Positions 42,228 to 51,247 of a stretch of DNA of 64,000 nt are shown piece after piece. This stretch comes from Candidatus Babeliales bacterium. Its GTDB lineage: Bacteria; Babelota; Babeliae; Babelales; JACPOV01. Where the stretch lies: the NCBI GenBank assembly GCA_050250855.1, contig JBFWNW010000002.1, positions 160,001 through 224,000 on the forward strand, in the 5' to 3' direction. Every line of letters starts with the position of its first letter. Position 1 is the stretch's first letter. Below the pieces are notes generated by a model, which was given only the letters and a program-made list of their open reading frames with translations, did no database searches and was not told the DNA's origin. Made by a program: the position numbers and the translations under genes.

Positions 42228-43380
42228 AGTTTTTATACTAACTCATTTTTTACAAGGTATGGAGAGATTATTTATTCCGTACCTGGCAAATCTTGCACAA
42301 TCTGCGCAACAAAGGCCGGAAAACGATCTTTTAAAGCAGTCATTTAATAACCTTATGTGTGACCATCATGAAACTATAGCACAGGAATTTAAGCTTACTT
42401 CTGTGTTTCAAGCAGCATATAGTGGCAATACAAAAGAAGTTAAAGAATGGATTTCTTTAATACCGGTATTAGAAAATGCTAAAAATGATCTTGGCAAAAC
42501 AGCGTATGATATTATTAACCAAAAAAAACAGCAAGTACAGGATTGGAAAAAACATGCAAATTTTGCAAAGCAAAAAAAAAGAACATCGATTTTTCAAGCA
42601 GCACAAAATGGCTCATTGCCAGAAGTGCAACAATGGGTAAAAGAACATTCTGCTTTAATATGGGCACGAGACGCAGAGGGTAAAACCGTGCTTGATAGAG
42701 CATGTTTTTCTCAGCAGCCAGCTTCAATGTATGTTTTTAATAGCGGTAGCCATGCAAAGCTTATAGAATTTATACAAGAAGAACGTATAAAAAATTACCA
42801 ATTAGATCCCTCAGTAGATGTTATTGCCAATCATGAACGCATAGCGGAAGAAATTGCGTGTCCATCTCTTTTTCAAGCAGTTACTTATGGGCAGCTCTCT
42901 TTATTAAAAGCGTGGATAGAAAGGCATCCATCGTTAGTTTGGTCAAAAAGTATCTATGGCAATGAAACGGCACTTGATAGAGCGTGTTATATCCAGCAAT
43001 ATGGATATTACTCTCCTATCAATGAAGATATTGTTACACTTTTACAAGAAAAACGTATAGAAAACTATAATTCTAAAAAAAACATAGATCCTATTGCTCA
43101 GCATGAAGAAATTGCTCGTGTTATTTCATGTCCATCTTTATTTCAAGCGGTATGGGATGGTAATTTGCCATTAGTTAAAGCATGGATAAAAAAGCATCCA
43201 CAATTACGCTATGCTACTTGTAAATCTAAAGATACGGCATTGACTATAGCTTTTTGTTTAGATGAAAATGCAAAGATGGAAAAAAAAGACGAAGATAAAT
43301 GGGCTCCTATTCTTAACTATTTGAACCAAGAGAAAAATGAGTTCCTAAAACAGGATGAGAAATCTTCCTTGATCGAGTAA
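42208..43380 (+). CDS. Secreted ankyrin-like repeat protein
   Basis: Signal peptide ending LQG-ME; four repeats S(V/I/L)FQA..G.L..VK.WI...G.TAL. Confidence 0.8.
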   Translation: MKKNIFIVFILTHFLQGMERLFIPYLANLAQSAQQRPENDLLKQSFNNLMCDHHETIAQEFKLTSVFQAAYSGNTKEVKEWISLIPVLENAKNDLGKTAYDIINQKKQQVQDWKKHANFAKQKKRTSIFQAAQNGSLPEVQQWVKEHSALIWARDAEGKTVLDRACFSQQPASMYVFNSGSHAKLIEFIQEERIKNYQLDPSVDVIANHERIAEEIACPSLFQAVTYGQLSLLKAWIERHPSLVWSKSIYGNETALDRACYIQQYGYYSPINEDIVTLLQEKRIENYNSKKNIDPIAQHEEIARVISCPSLFQAVWDGNLPLVKAWIKKHPQLRYATCKSKDTALTIAFCLDENAKMEKKDEDKWAPILNYLNQEKNEFLKQDEKSSLIE

Positions 43381-44143
43381 TCGGTGTATTGAGTGCCAAT
43401 TTATAATCAGTTACCCAACGGATAAAGACTGCTTTTAAATAGTTAAGGCGTTTTGCTTTTTCTTGTGCACAAGCAACCAGTTTTATTTGTTTGGGAAATA
43501 ACCAGGTTATATGGAGCGTACTCAGCCAATCGTGCATACGGATAAAACTTGTCAGTTGTTTATGCTCTTTATCAACATCCTGTAAAAACATCATTAAAGG
43601 TGATAATAAATCATGCAAGGTATCTGCTGTTTGATATTGTTGCTGCGCTGCTACAATGAGCTCTTTACCTAATTCTTGTTCGGGCATAATACTTAATACA
43701 TCAAAAGGAATACTTTGCTTCCAGCATGACCACGTATCATCTCTTAAAATTAAATGTGCATGATACAATAATTTCAGCCACACTGCGCCGTATACAAGGC
43801 CGCATGCTTTAAGCCCAAGAGAATATTTATTAGAAATCACATATTCTTTACAAAAATCAGTTATATCAAAAAACTGTTTGCGAGCTTCTTGTGCAAACGG
43901 CTGTACGCTTTGCAACGAAAAATTTTGCAACCATTGATGTGCATATGCTTTATTTTCATTGTGCTGATCAATGTGATGTTCATTATTAACGTTAACGTTA
44001 ACATCAAGATGTTTTAAGGTAATTTGATGTCCTTCAGCGGCAGCAAGCGTTATTTTTTGTTCTTTTTTTTCTACCGTTGGTTGCGTTGTTACTTCTGCTT
44101 GTGCTGATACATAAAGAAGGAATATAAGGTAATGATGCTTCAT
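43313..44143 (-). CDS. Hypothetical protein with signal peptide and one TM segment
   Basis: 276-aa ORF, N-terminal signal, central hydrophobic helix. Confidence 0.6.
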   Translation of the reverse strand: MKHHYLIFLLYVSAQAEVTTQPTVEKKEQKITLAAAEGHQITLKHLDVNVNVNNEHHIDQHNENKAYAHQWLQNFSLQSVQPFAQEARKQFFDITDFCKEYVISNKYSLGLKACGLVYGAVWLKLLYHAHLILRDDTWSCWKQSIPFDVLSIMPEQELGKELIVAAQQQYQTADTLHDLLSPLMMFLQDVDKEHKQLTSFIRMHDWLSTLHITWLFPKQIKLVACAQEKAKRLNYLKAVFIRWVTDYKLALNTPITRSRKISHPVLGTHFSLGSNS

Positions 44144-44232
44144 TAAAAAAAACTATTTTTAGATTAATGATATTTTTTTATTAAGTTTAATGGAATAGTT
44201 GGTTAAGTAAAATAAATATTTTTTATAGTATT

Positions 44233-44688
44233 ATTTTGTTTATTATATTTTTAACAATTCATTATCTCACAGTCCCTCTCCGGGACGGGACCAGCCCCTT
44301 TTGCTTGTACAAAAGGGCTGGACAAAAATACACCAACATGCTGTTGGATTGCACTCTCGCTCAGACATCAACCACTCACTCTTCGGGTTTTCAACCCTCG
44401 ATTTCAGGTCGATGATTCGCTACCGGCGTGAATGTATAAAAAATAGTTTAATGCACCGGTACGCTCATCTGTTTGAGAGCTTCTCAGTTTTCTTGCCCGG
44501 CGTAGCTTGATGCGAAGCCTGGGTAAAAAACTGGAAGCCGAGTTATGACCCTTCGATACAATTTCGATTTCATCGAAATCACTCAGGATGAGCGAAAGCC
44601 CTTGCGTGCCCGTCTGGGTGTTAAGGGTATTGGGCACGCAATACCTTTGTGCCCTGCACCCGGCATGAGGGTGCCATAAGATAATATA
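44233..44688. mobile_element. Composite non-autonomous (MITE/REPIN-like) element, copy 1
   Basis: Shares a long core with 59094-59600; many hairpins; contains family B and extended family A units; no transposase. Confidence 0.7.
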
Positions 44689-44702
44689 GAGAAAAGTAGT
44701 TT

Positions 44703-45164
44703 TTATTTAAGAGAAGTATTTAATTTCTTTAATAAAAATAGTTCCTTCTTATGCATCACCTTATAATCTTCATCTTTAATATGGTCATAACCAAGTAAAT
44801 GACAAATGCCATGTACCAAAAGAACTTGCATGCGCTTGTAAAAAGGCACACCAAGTTCTTTTGCAGCTTTTTGTACATATTCTAAAGAGATGATAAGATC
44901 ACCTAAATTTTTTTCATCAGCTGCGCTTGCATGGATGCGTTCACCAGCTTTAAGCTCAGGATAAAAAGGAAATGACAAAATATCGGTTGGTTTATCTTTG
45001 TGCCGATATTCTTTATTGTAATGGTGAATAGTTTTATTCGTTGTCAGCCAAATACCAAGATCAAAATCACTATAATCAAGTGCATGCAAAATGGTTTGTG
45101 CATCATCTTTAAGTTTTTTAAGATCAAGGGATATGGAGCGTTGTGTATTTTTTATGGTGATCAT
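44703..45164 (-). CDS. ybeY: rRNA maturation endoribonuclease YbeY
   Basis: YRHKDKPTDILSF, LGDLIIS, HGICHLLGYDH. Confidence 0.95.
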   Translation of the reverse strand: MITIKNTQRSISLDLKKLKDDAQTILHALDYSDFDLGIWLTTNKTIHHYNKEYRHKDKPTDILSFPFYPELKAGERIHASAADEKNLGDLIISLEYVQKAAKELGVPFYKRMQVLLVHGICHLLGYDHIKDEDYKVMHKKELFLLKKLNTSLK

Positions 45165-45190
45165 ATTAAACGAGTTTAAAAGAATTTTTA

Positions 45191-45276
45191 GTTCGCACCC
45201 TTCGACAAGCTCAGGGCGAACGAAGATAAAAGTTTTGATATAACCGTTCGTGCTGAGCTTGTCGAAGCATACGAAC
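45191..45276. repeat. Inverted doublet of family A REP-like palindromes
   Basis: GTTCGCACCCTTCGACAAGCTCAGGGCGAACG and CCGTTCGTGCTGAGCTTGTCGAAGCATACGAAC. Confidence 0.9.
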
Positions 45277-45296
45277 AGGTATATTACCTTATAAAT

Positions 45297-46148
45297 TTAA
45301 ACAATAATACAGCAAGTAGCTTTTTGTTGTTCAACTGGTTGTTCTGTAGGATTTTTAGCTTCTTTTGTTTTTTCTTCAATAAAGCTGAATCCTTCTTGAT
45401 AGCTTTCATAATCTTTTTTGCCTTCTACTGATTGCAAAAGCTGAGCCATTCTTTTTTGTGCAACAACAAGCGGCGTTTCACCTTGTTTGTTTTTTTGCAA
45501 AAATGCTTTAGCTGGTATTTGTTTTAAGCAGTCCAGAACTTTTTTGTTAGGATTCATCGCAAAATGATGCAAAACTGTATTTTCTTGCTCATCCAACTTT
45601 TCAGCATAAGGAATTATAGTATATTTTAGGGCAAACCTTAGATCGTCTTGCGTAGCAGAAGGTGCAAACGTTGGCAATGGATTATGATATTTACGTAAAA
45701 TTTGCTTGCAAGCAATCAGTTGGTTAAAAAGTTTAAGTTTTGCTGGATCAAAATTTAAATCATCATCAGAAAATGCAGTTTCACTGGTGAAAAGTTCTTT
45801 TACTTGGCTATTGATAATGACAAAAGCGTTTTCTTTGCTTTTATTTTCTTTATTAAAGAGATCTGCGCTGCAGAATGACGCAACTACTTCAAGCATTTCC
45901 GGGTCAGCCTTCTGTGCAAAGGTATGCAAAAGTGTATTGCCATCTTTATCTTGTTCTGTTAAAGAAAGTGTATTCAATTGCAGAGCAGTTCTTAAATTTT
46001 CAGCGCGATTATTTGCCGTAGATTCAGTGATCCATTGCTGTACCTGCTGTTGATTGCCGTTGTGCAAATGAGGAAATTCAGTTTGCTGTTCTGTTGCGTA
46101 AAGAGAACATAGGCAAAGAGCTGCTGAAACTATTACTAACTTTTTCAT
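45297..46148 (-). CDS. Secreted ankyrin-repeat protein with C-terminal CaaX box
   Basis: Signal peptide; DKDGNTLLH, DEQENTVLH, NKQGETPL; ends TCCIIV-stop. Confidence 0.85.
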   Translation of the reverse strand: MKKLVIVSAALCLCSLYATEQQTEFPHLHNGNQQQVQQWITESTANNRAENLRTALQLNTLSLTEQDKDGNTLLHTFAQKADPEMLEVVASFCSADLFNKENKSKENAFVIINSQVKELFTSETAFSDDDLNFDPAKLKLFNQLIACKQILRKYHNPLPTFAPSATQDDLRFALKYTIIPYAEKLDEQENTVLHHFAMNPNKKVLDCLKQIPAKAFLQKNKQGETPLVVAQKRMAQLLQSVEGKKDYESYQEGFSFIEEKTKEAKNPTEQPVEQQKATCCIIV

Positions 46149-46164
46149 AGAAAACCTTTCTTTT

Positions 46165-48636
46165 TTATACTACCACGTAAGCTTTATACAACTCACCCTC
46201 TTGGGTCAGTGTTTCTTTGTCTACCTTTTTTTCAGTAAATTTTAGAGCCTGTGCACGGGTAATGCCTTGCAATAAAGCTTGTTCTTTTGCCAAGCTATCA
46301 CATATTTTTTTATCAGTGCAAGAAATGGTCAACAAGGCAAGATCCGTTTTTAATGAAAGTTGCTGTTCACTTTTGAGTTTGCGTACTTGTGCAACAAGGT
46401 CAATTATTTTTTGGCCCAATTCAGCGCTTGCAATATTTTCTATCTTTTTTTGTACAGCAGCAAATTTAGTTTCATGCACTGAAGATGTTTGCAAACTATC
46501 CTTATACACTTCTTGAAAAATTGCTTCTGTTATATGCGGAATATAGGGAGCATAGAGTTGCAAAATACGTAAACCAACCGTAAAGAGCGTATACCTAGTT
46601 CCCTCAATTTCTTGAGCGCTATATGAGCCAGGGTTAAAGAGCTGATCTTTTATGATCTCTAAATAGTTATCGCAAAAATCATGCCAGAAAAACTTTTCCG
46701 CCGTATCAAGCGCAAGGTTAAATTCATACGCATCAAGATATTTTTTGTAGGTAGCAAATGTTGTACTTGCTTGGTGCAATAACCATTCATTCATTAAGCC
46801 AAGTTGTGCAGGCACTTGCGCAGGAGCTTTATACTCTTGTATATGGCTGCTAATAAAAATAAAAGCATTCCACAATTTAGTGAGCAATTTTTGCCCAATT
46901 TTTAATTGCGTTTCAGAAAATGCTACATCTTGTCCCAAGCTTGCAGATGCCGTCCAGTAGCGAATAGCGTCAGCGGGGAATGTTTGCAGTAAATGTTCAG
47001 GTGCAATTTTTTTCTGTTCTTTAGATTTTGAAAGTTTTTCTTTGCCATCACTCAATACGTGGCCAGAAATAACAATATCACGCCATGGAATGGTATCATG
47101 ATGCATCCAGGCTTTAATGATAGTATAAAAAGCCCACGTGCGGATAATGTCATGCGCTTGAGGACGCATGCTCATGGGTAAAAATTCTTTAATGCCAGGA
47201 TCTTCAAACGCAGAAACCATCTTTTTATCATAAACGCCGTAACAAATATACGGTGTTAATGAAGAAGTATTCCACGTATCCATAACATCAGTATCTGGCT
47301 TAATATCACTGCTACCACAAGCAGAACATGTTTTGCCAGGATAGGTTGTTTCTTGCGGATCGATTGGTAAATCTTTAATGTCCGGCAATAAAATTTCGTT
47401 ACACTTTAGACAATGCCATACAGGAAATGGAATACCATAAAACCGTTGGCGCGATAAACACCAATCCCATGAAATATTTTCTACCCAATTTTTATAGCGG
47501 GATTTCATGTAAGCAGGGTGCCAATTAATGGTATCTGCCAAATCTAAAAACTTTTGTTTGTACTCTAAAATTTTTAAAAACCACTGAGAAAGCGTTATAT
47601 ATTCAATCTCTTTTTTGCAGCGTTCATGAACGTTGACTGCATGCGTAATAGCTTTTTGTGCTTTGAGCAAGCCTTGCTCGTTAAGCAGTTCAAGTACCTT
47701 TTTGCGTGCATCATGTACTTTAAGCCCAGCAAGTGGCCCCGTATGTTCAAGCCATTTACCGTCATGGCCTAACGAAAGATTTTGTGGCAAATTATGTTTT
47801 TTTATCCACATAATGTCAGTTTTATCCCCAAATGCACAGCACATAACAAGGCCTGTTCCTTTTTCAGGGTTTACCAGTTCATCAGGCATGATAGGAACTT
47901 CAAGGCCAAATAAGGGAACAACCGCCTTTTTGCCTTTTAATGCTTGATAGCGTGCATCATTGGGATGATAAAAAACGGCAACACAGGAAGGTAATAATTC
48001 TGGGCGTGTTGTGCCAATAATAAGCTCTTGGCCATCGGTTGCTTTAAAAATAATATCATTAAAATGAGAAGGTTTTTCCATGTCATCAAGCTCTGCTTGT
48101 GCAACAGAGGTGCGGCAGGTAGTACAATATAAAGCGGGTTCAAATTTACGGTAGACAAAGCCTTTTTTATATAAACGAATAAATGATTCTTGAGATATTT
48201 TTCTGGTGCTCGCAGAAATAGTAGAATAGGTTTCTTGCCAGTTAGCAGAAATACCCATGCGTTGCCACAAATCAGCAAATTGTTGCTCGACTTCGTGCGT
48301 TACTTCAAGGCATAGATCAATAAACTTTGAGCGGCCGACCTGGTGCGGTGCTACTTCAAGCTTTTTTTCTACATAACGCTCAGTTGGCAATCCGTTATCA
48401 TCAAAGCCAAAAGGATAAAATACCGAAAAACCATCCATACGCTTGTAGCGGGCAATAATATCAGTTTGGGTATAAGAAAAAATATGCCCAATATGGAGCG
48501 AACCAGAAACTGTTGGCGGTGGCGTGTCCACGCTAAACAGTTTGCCAGGATGTTTTGAGCGGTTATATGTTTGTTCCGCTTGCCATTTTTCTTGAACTTT
48601 TTTTTCTTCGTGCAGGTGTTCGTATCGTTTTTCCAT
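46165..48636 (-). CDS. valS: Valine--tRNA ligase (archaeal/Rickettsia-type)
   Basis: DTPPPTVSGSLHIGH, DWCLSRQR, RPQAHDIIRTW, KLSKS; lacks the C-terminal coiled coil. Confidence 0.95.
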   Translation of the reverse strand: MEKRYEHLHEEKKVQEKWQAEQTYNRSKHPGKLFSVDTPPPTVSGSLHIGHIFSYTQTDIIARYKRMDGFSVFYPFGFDDNGLPTERYVEKKLEVAPHQVGRSKFIDLCLEVTHEVEQQFADLWQRMGISANWQETYSTISASTRKISQESFIRLYKKGFVYRKFEPALYCTTCRTSVAQAELDDMEKPSHFNDIIFKATDGQELIIGTTRPELLPSCVAVFYHPNDARYQALKGKKAVVPLFGLEVPIMPDELVNPEKGTGLVMCCAFGDKTDIMWIKKHNLPQNLSLGHDGKWLEHTGPLAGLKVHDARKKVLELLNEQGLLKAQKAITHAVNVHERCKKEIEYITLSQWFLKILEYKQKFLDLADTINWHPAYMKSRYKNWVENISWDWCLSRQRFYGIPFPVWHCLKCNEILLPDIKDLPIDPQETTYPGKTCSACGSSDIKPDTDVMDTWNTSSLTPYICYGVYDKKMVSAFEDPGIKEFLPMSMRPQAHDIIRTWAFYTIIKAWMHHDTIPWRDIVISGHVLSDGKEKLSKSKEQKKIAPEHLLQTFPADAIRYWTASASLGQDVAFSETQLKIGQKLLTKLWNAFIFISSHIQEYKAPAQVPAQLGLMNEWLLHQASTTFATYKKYLDAYEFNLALDTAEKFFWHDFCDNYLEIIKDQLFNPGSYSAQEIEGTRYTLFTVGLRILQLYAPYIPHITEAIFQEVYKDSLQTSSVHETKFAAVQKKIENIASAELGQKIIDLVAQVRKLKSEQQLSLKTDLALLTISCTDKKICDSLAKEQALLQGITRAQALKFTEKKVDKETLTQEGELYKAYVVV

Positions 48637-48655
48637 AATTTTTTATCTAGGTTGT

Positions 48656-48731
48656 GTTCGTACCCTTCGACAAGCTCAGGGCGACTGAATAATCGGTCAT
48701 ACTGAGCGAGGGTTAACCCGAGTCGAAGTAT
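48656..48731. repeat. Family A REP-like doublet in the valS leader
   Basis: GTTCGTACCCTTCGACAAGCTCAGGGCGAC and GGTCATACTGAGC-GAGGGTTAACCCGA-GTCGAAGTAT. Confidence 0.85.
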
Positions 48732-48766
48732 AAAATAATAAAATTTAAGATAAGTCGCTAAAATTA

Positions 48767-48808
48767 AGTATAGCCGCTTACACTCTTTTTTCAAAGTGCA
48801 AGCGGCTA
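48767..48808 (-). promoter_or_regulatory. Hairpin after the TPR gene overlapping a possible sigma70 promoter for valS
   Basis: TAGCCGCTT/AAGCGGCTA stem; minus-strand TTGAAA-16-TATACT. Confidence 0.45.
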
Positions 48809-48829
48809 TTTCAAGGGGCTATCGTTATA

Positions 48830-51091
48830 TTACGCTGCCAGGCGGGGATATTTTTGCTTAAGTTGAGCGAGTGATCCCTGTGCAGCTTCACGTAAAGAAG
48901 CAGGCATTTTTTCATTTTTCACAAAAAGCTCGAGCATATCTTTTGCTTCAGTAGGTCTGCCAACGCGCTCAAGGCATGCAATCATGCGTAGTTCTAATTG
49001 AGGAACATTAAGGTTGAGGCGTTGTGCTTTTTCATACTGTTCCAGTGCGGCATCATGCTGCCCTAAGTTCATATAACATTCGCCAAGGTTATAGCAATGA
49101 ATACCGCTTGACGGTTGTACTTGTGCTAAGCGCTTGAAGTAGCCAGCTGCTTCTTGGTAGTTTTTGCTGAGCAGTAATACGTTGGCCATTTTATTTACAT
49201 AATCAAGAGAGCCAGGATTAAACATTAAAAGCTTTTGCATAGCAAAAAGAGCTTCATCATATTTTTTCATAGCAATAGCAGCATTTGCATAAACCTGGAA
49301 TCCTGCTTCATTATCAAGGTCACAACGCGTACAAGCAGTTCTGAAATGTTCAAGCGCAAGTTCATTATTACCGCGTTCCAGCGCAATCTTGCCAAGATTG
49401 TAATAGGCTTTGCCATAATGTGGGCGCAGTTGAACGGCGATGCCAAGTACTTTTTCAGCTTTTTCGAGTTCTTTTTGTTGAATAAAGAATGAAGCCAAAT
49501 TATTATACGCCTCAGGATAATACGGATGAATTCTAATAGCTTGTTGGAGCGTTTCAATAGCAAGCGTTAACTTATTGGTCATAGAATATGCAACAGCCAA
49601 ATTATTCCATGGATCTGGGTAGTTGCGGTCCATTTGAATAGCTTTTTTATATAAAGGAATAGAGCCTTGCAAATCTCCTTTTTCTGATAATGCTACGGCC
49701 AAGTTATTATAAGCGCGCGCTTTGCCAGGTGCATTTTCAATAATATTACTCCAAAATTCTTCACTTGAACGCCATACTTTATTGCGATCATACGTACTAA
49801 AACCCATAGGAAGTGCAAGAAGCATAATAGCAGCATACTGCGTTTGTGCATGCGTGAGCATTGGTTCTAATGCCATAATTTTAGGACTTACCATGGTAAT
49901 AAGTTTTACAATACCGCAGGCAATAACAAATAAGATTCCCACTGAAGCAAGATATGTTTTGTAATCTGCTAACAACTCAGAAGACGGGATAATGCTTGAG
50001 CGTGGCAGCACCGCAACAAAGAACCATAAAATACCAAATGCAATGATATTTGTTCTATTTTTACGCAATAAATAAATAGTAACCGCTGCAATGGCAAGTA
50101 ATACGCATAATGGTAAAATGCAATCTGGTGCAAAAAAGTGTGTAACGAGTTTCCAATCATATTCAACACTAATAGTAAATGGCCAGAAAAACATGAATAT
50201 ATAATGGAGCATTACTTTAAATTGTGAAATGAAAAAGTGTAATGGATAAATTTTTTGACCAGGTTCTTCTGTTAATAAATTACCAATGTTGTTGCGTGCT
50301 TCTAGTTTAAGGCCAATTAAATTAGTAAAAAAGCTTGGTTTATAAAAATGAATAAAAATTACAAAAATTATCAATGCAACGCCGGCATGTATTAAAAGAC
50401 GCTTTTTAAGATCTGCAAAATCTCCTTGGGCAACAAAAAACCAATCAATCATTAATAAAAGTAGTGGCGCTACAATAAAAATTTCTTTAGTGCCGGTTGC
50501 AAAAAAGGTAAGTACATATAATAATGCCGTGAGCAAAGCACGTGTTGTGCTTGATGTTACTTGGGTAAGCCATAAAAAGCACAAGCTCATAGCAACAACA
50601 AAAAGTCCTGCCAACCCTTCAAGGCGCCCTTGAATAATGTAGCTGATGGTTTGTGTTTGCACGGGATGAAGCATAAAAAGTGCTGCTGTGCAGAATGCGA
50701 TAGCAAAATCATACTGCTTGAAGAATGAATCTTTTTTAACTAAGTGAAGCAAGCTATATATTAAATAAAAAACCAAGATGCCGGCTATAATATGGAAGCT
50801 AATATTAAATAAGCGATAATAAAAAGGCTTAAACATACCCAAGCGATAATTAACGGCATTAAGCCAAAAGGGGATCCAGCGCGTGCTGGTGAAAAATGCT
50901 TGGTCAAACGTTAAGTGGCGAATGGAGAAATACTTTTGAATATTTGCTACATCATCAAACTGGAAATTATAATTGAGCGAAGGATAATAAAAAAGTCCTG
51001 TTAAAAAAGAAAGCACAACGGGAGGAATAATCCAATAAAGCCATGATGAAATTTTACCCGAACTGCTTTGTAGAATAGTTGTTTTTTCCAT
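48830..51091 (-). CDS. TMTC-like GT-C membrane protein with C-terminal TPR repeats
   Basis: FQFDD luminal motif, LHPVQT...YI..R, many TMs, RNKVW, then TPRs (AYNNLA, PWNNLA, AYYNLG). Confidence 0.8.
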   Translation of the reverse strand: MEKTTILQSSSGKISSWLYWIIPPVVLSFLTGLFYYPSLNYNFQFDDVANIQKYFSIRHLTFDQAFFTSTRWIPFWLNAVNYRLGMFKPFYYRLFNISFHIIAGILVFYLIYSLLHLVKKDSFFKQYDFAIAFCTAALFMLHPVQTQTISYIIQGRLEGLAGLFVVAMSLCFLWLTQVTSSTTRALLTALLYVLTFFATGTKEIFIVAPLLLLMIDWFFVAQGDFADLKKRLLIHAGVALIIFVIFIHFYKPSFFTNLIGLKLEARNNIGNLLTEEPGQKIYPLHFFISQFKVMLHYIFMFFWPFTISVEYDWKLVTHFFAPDCILPLCVLLAIAAVTIYLLRKNRTNIIAFGILWFFVAVLPRSSIIPSSELLADYKTYLASVGILFVIACGIVKLITMVSPKIMALEPMLTHAQTQYAAIMLLALPMGFSTYDRNKVWRSSEEFWSNIIENAPGKARAYNNLAVALSEKGDLQGSIPLYKKAIQMDRNYPDPWNNLAVAYSMTNKLTLAIETLQQAIRIHPYYPEAYNNLASFFIQQKELEKAEKVLGIAVQLRPHYGKAYYNLGKIALERGNNELALEHFRTACTRCDLDNEAGFQVYANAAIAMKKYDEALFAMQKLLMFNPGSLDYVNKMANVLLLSKNYQEAAGYFKRLAQVQPSSGIHCYNLGECYMNLGQHDAALEQYEKAQRLNLNVPQLELRMIACLERVGRPTEAKDMLELFVKNEKMPASLREAAQGSLAQLKQKYPRLAA

Positions 51092-51247
51092 TGCATCTCC
51101 TTTTTGAGAATATGGATTATGTTTTTCTAATAGCTAAAGCTTAGTCTACTGAACTCATCAATCTTGTCGAGCTCTTTTTTTATAGCGCGTTTGACCTGAA
51201 TGGTTCTTTGTTTTACACTAAAAGAAGTTTTTTAAGGAATAAAAATT

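Noticed and set aside
44301..44637. ORFs 44301..44510 and 44404..44637
   Set aside because: They lie within the palindromic composite element, and the frames are not preserved in the second copy
48637..48810. T-box riboswitch ahead of valS, or a 141-aa ORF at 48369..48794
   Set aside because: No T-box consensus seen; the structure is explained by the REP doublet and a hairpin, and the ORF overlaps valS out of frame
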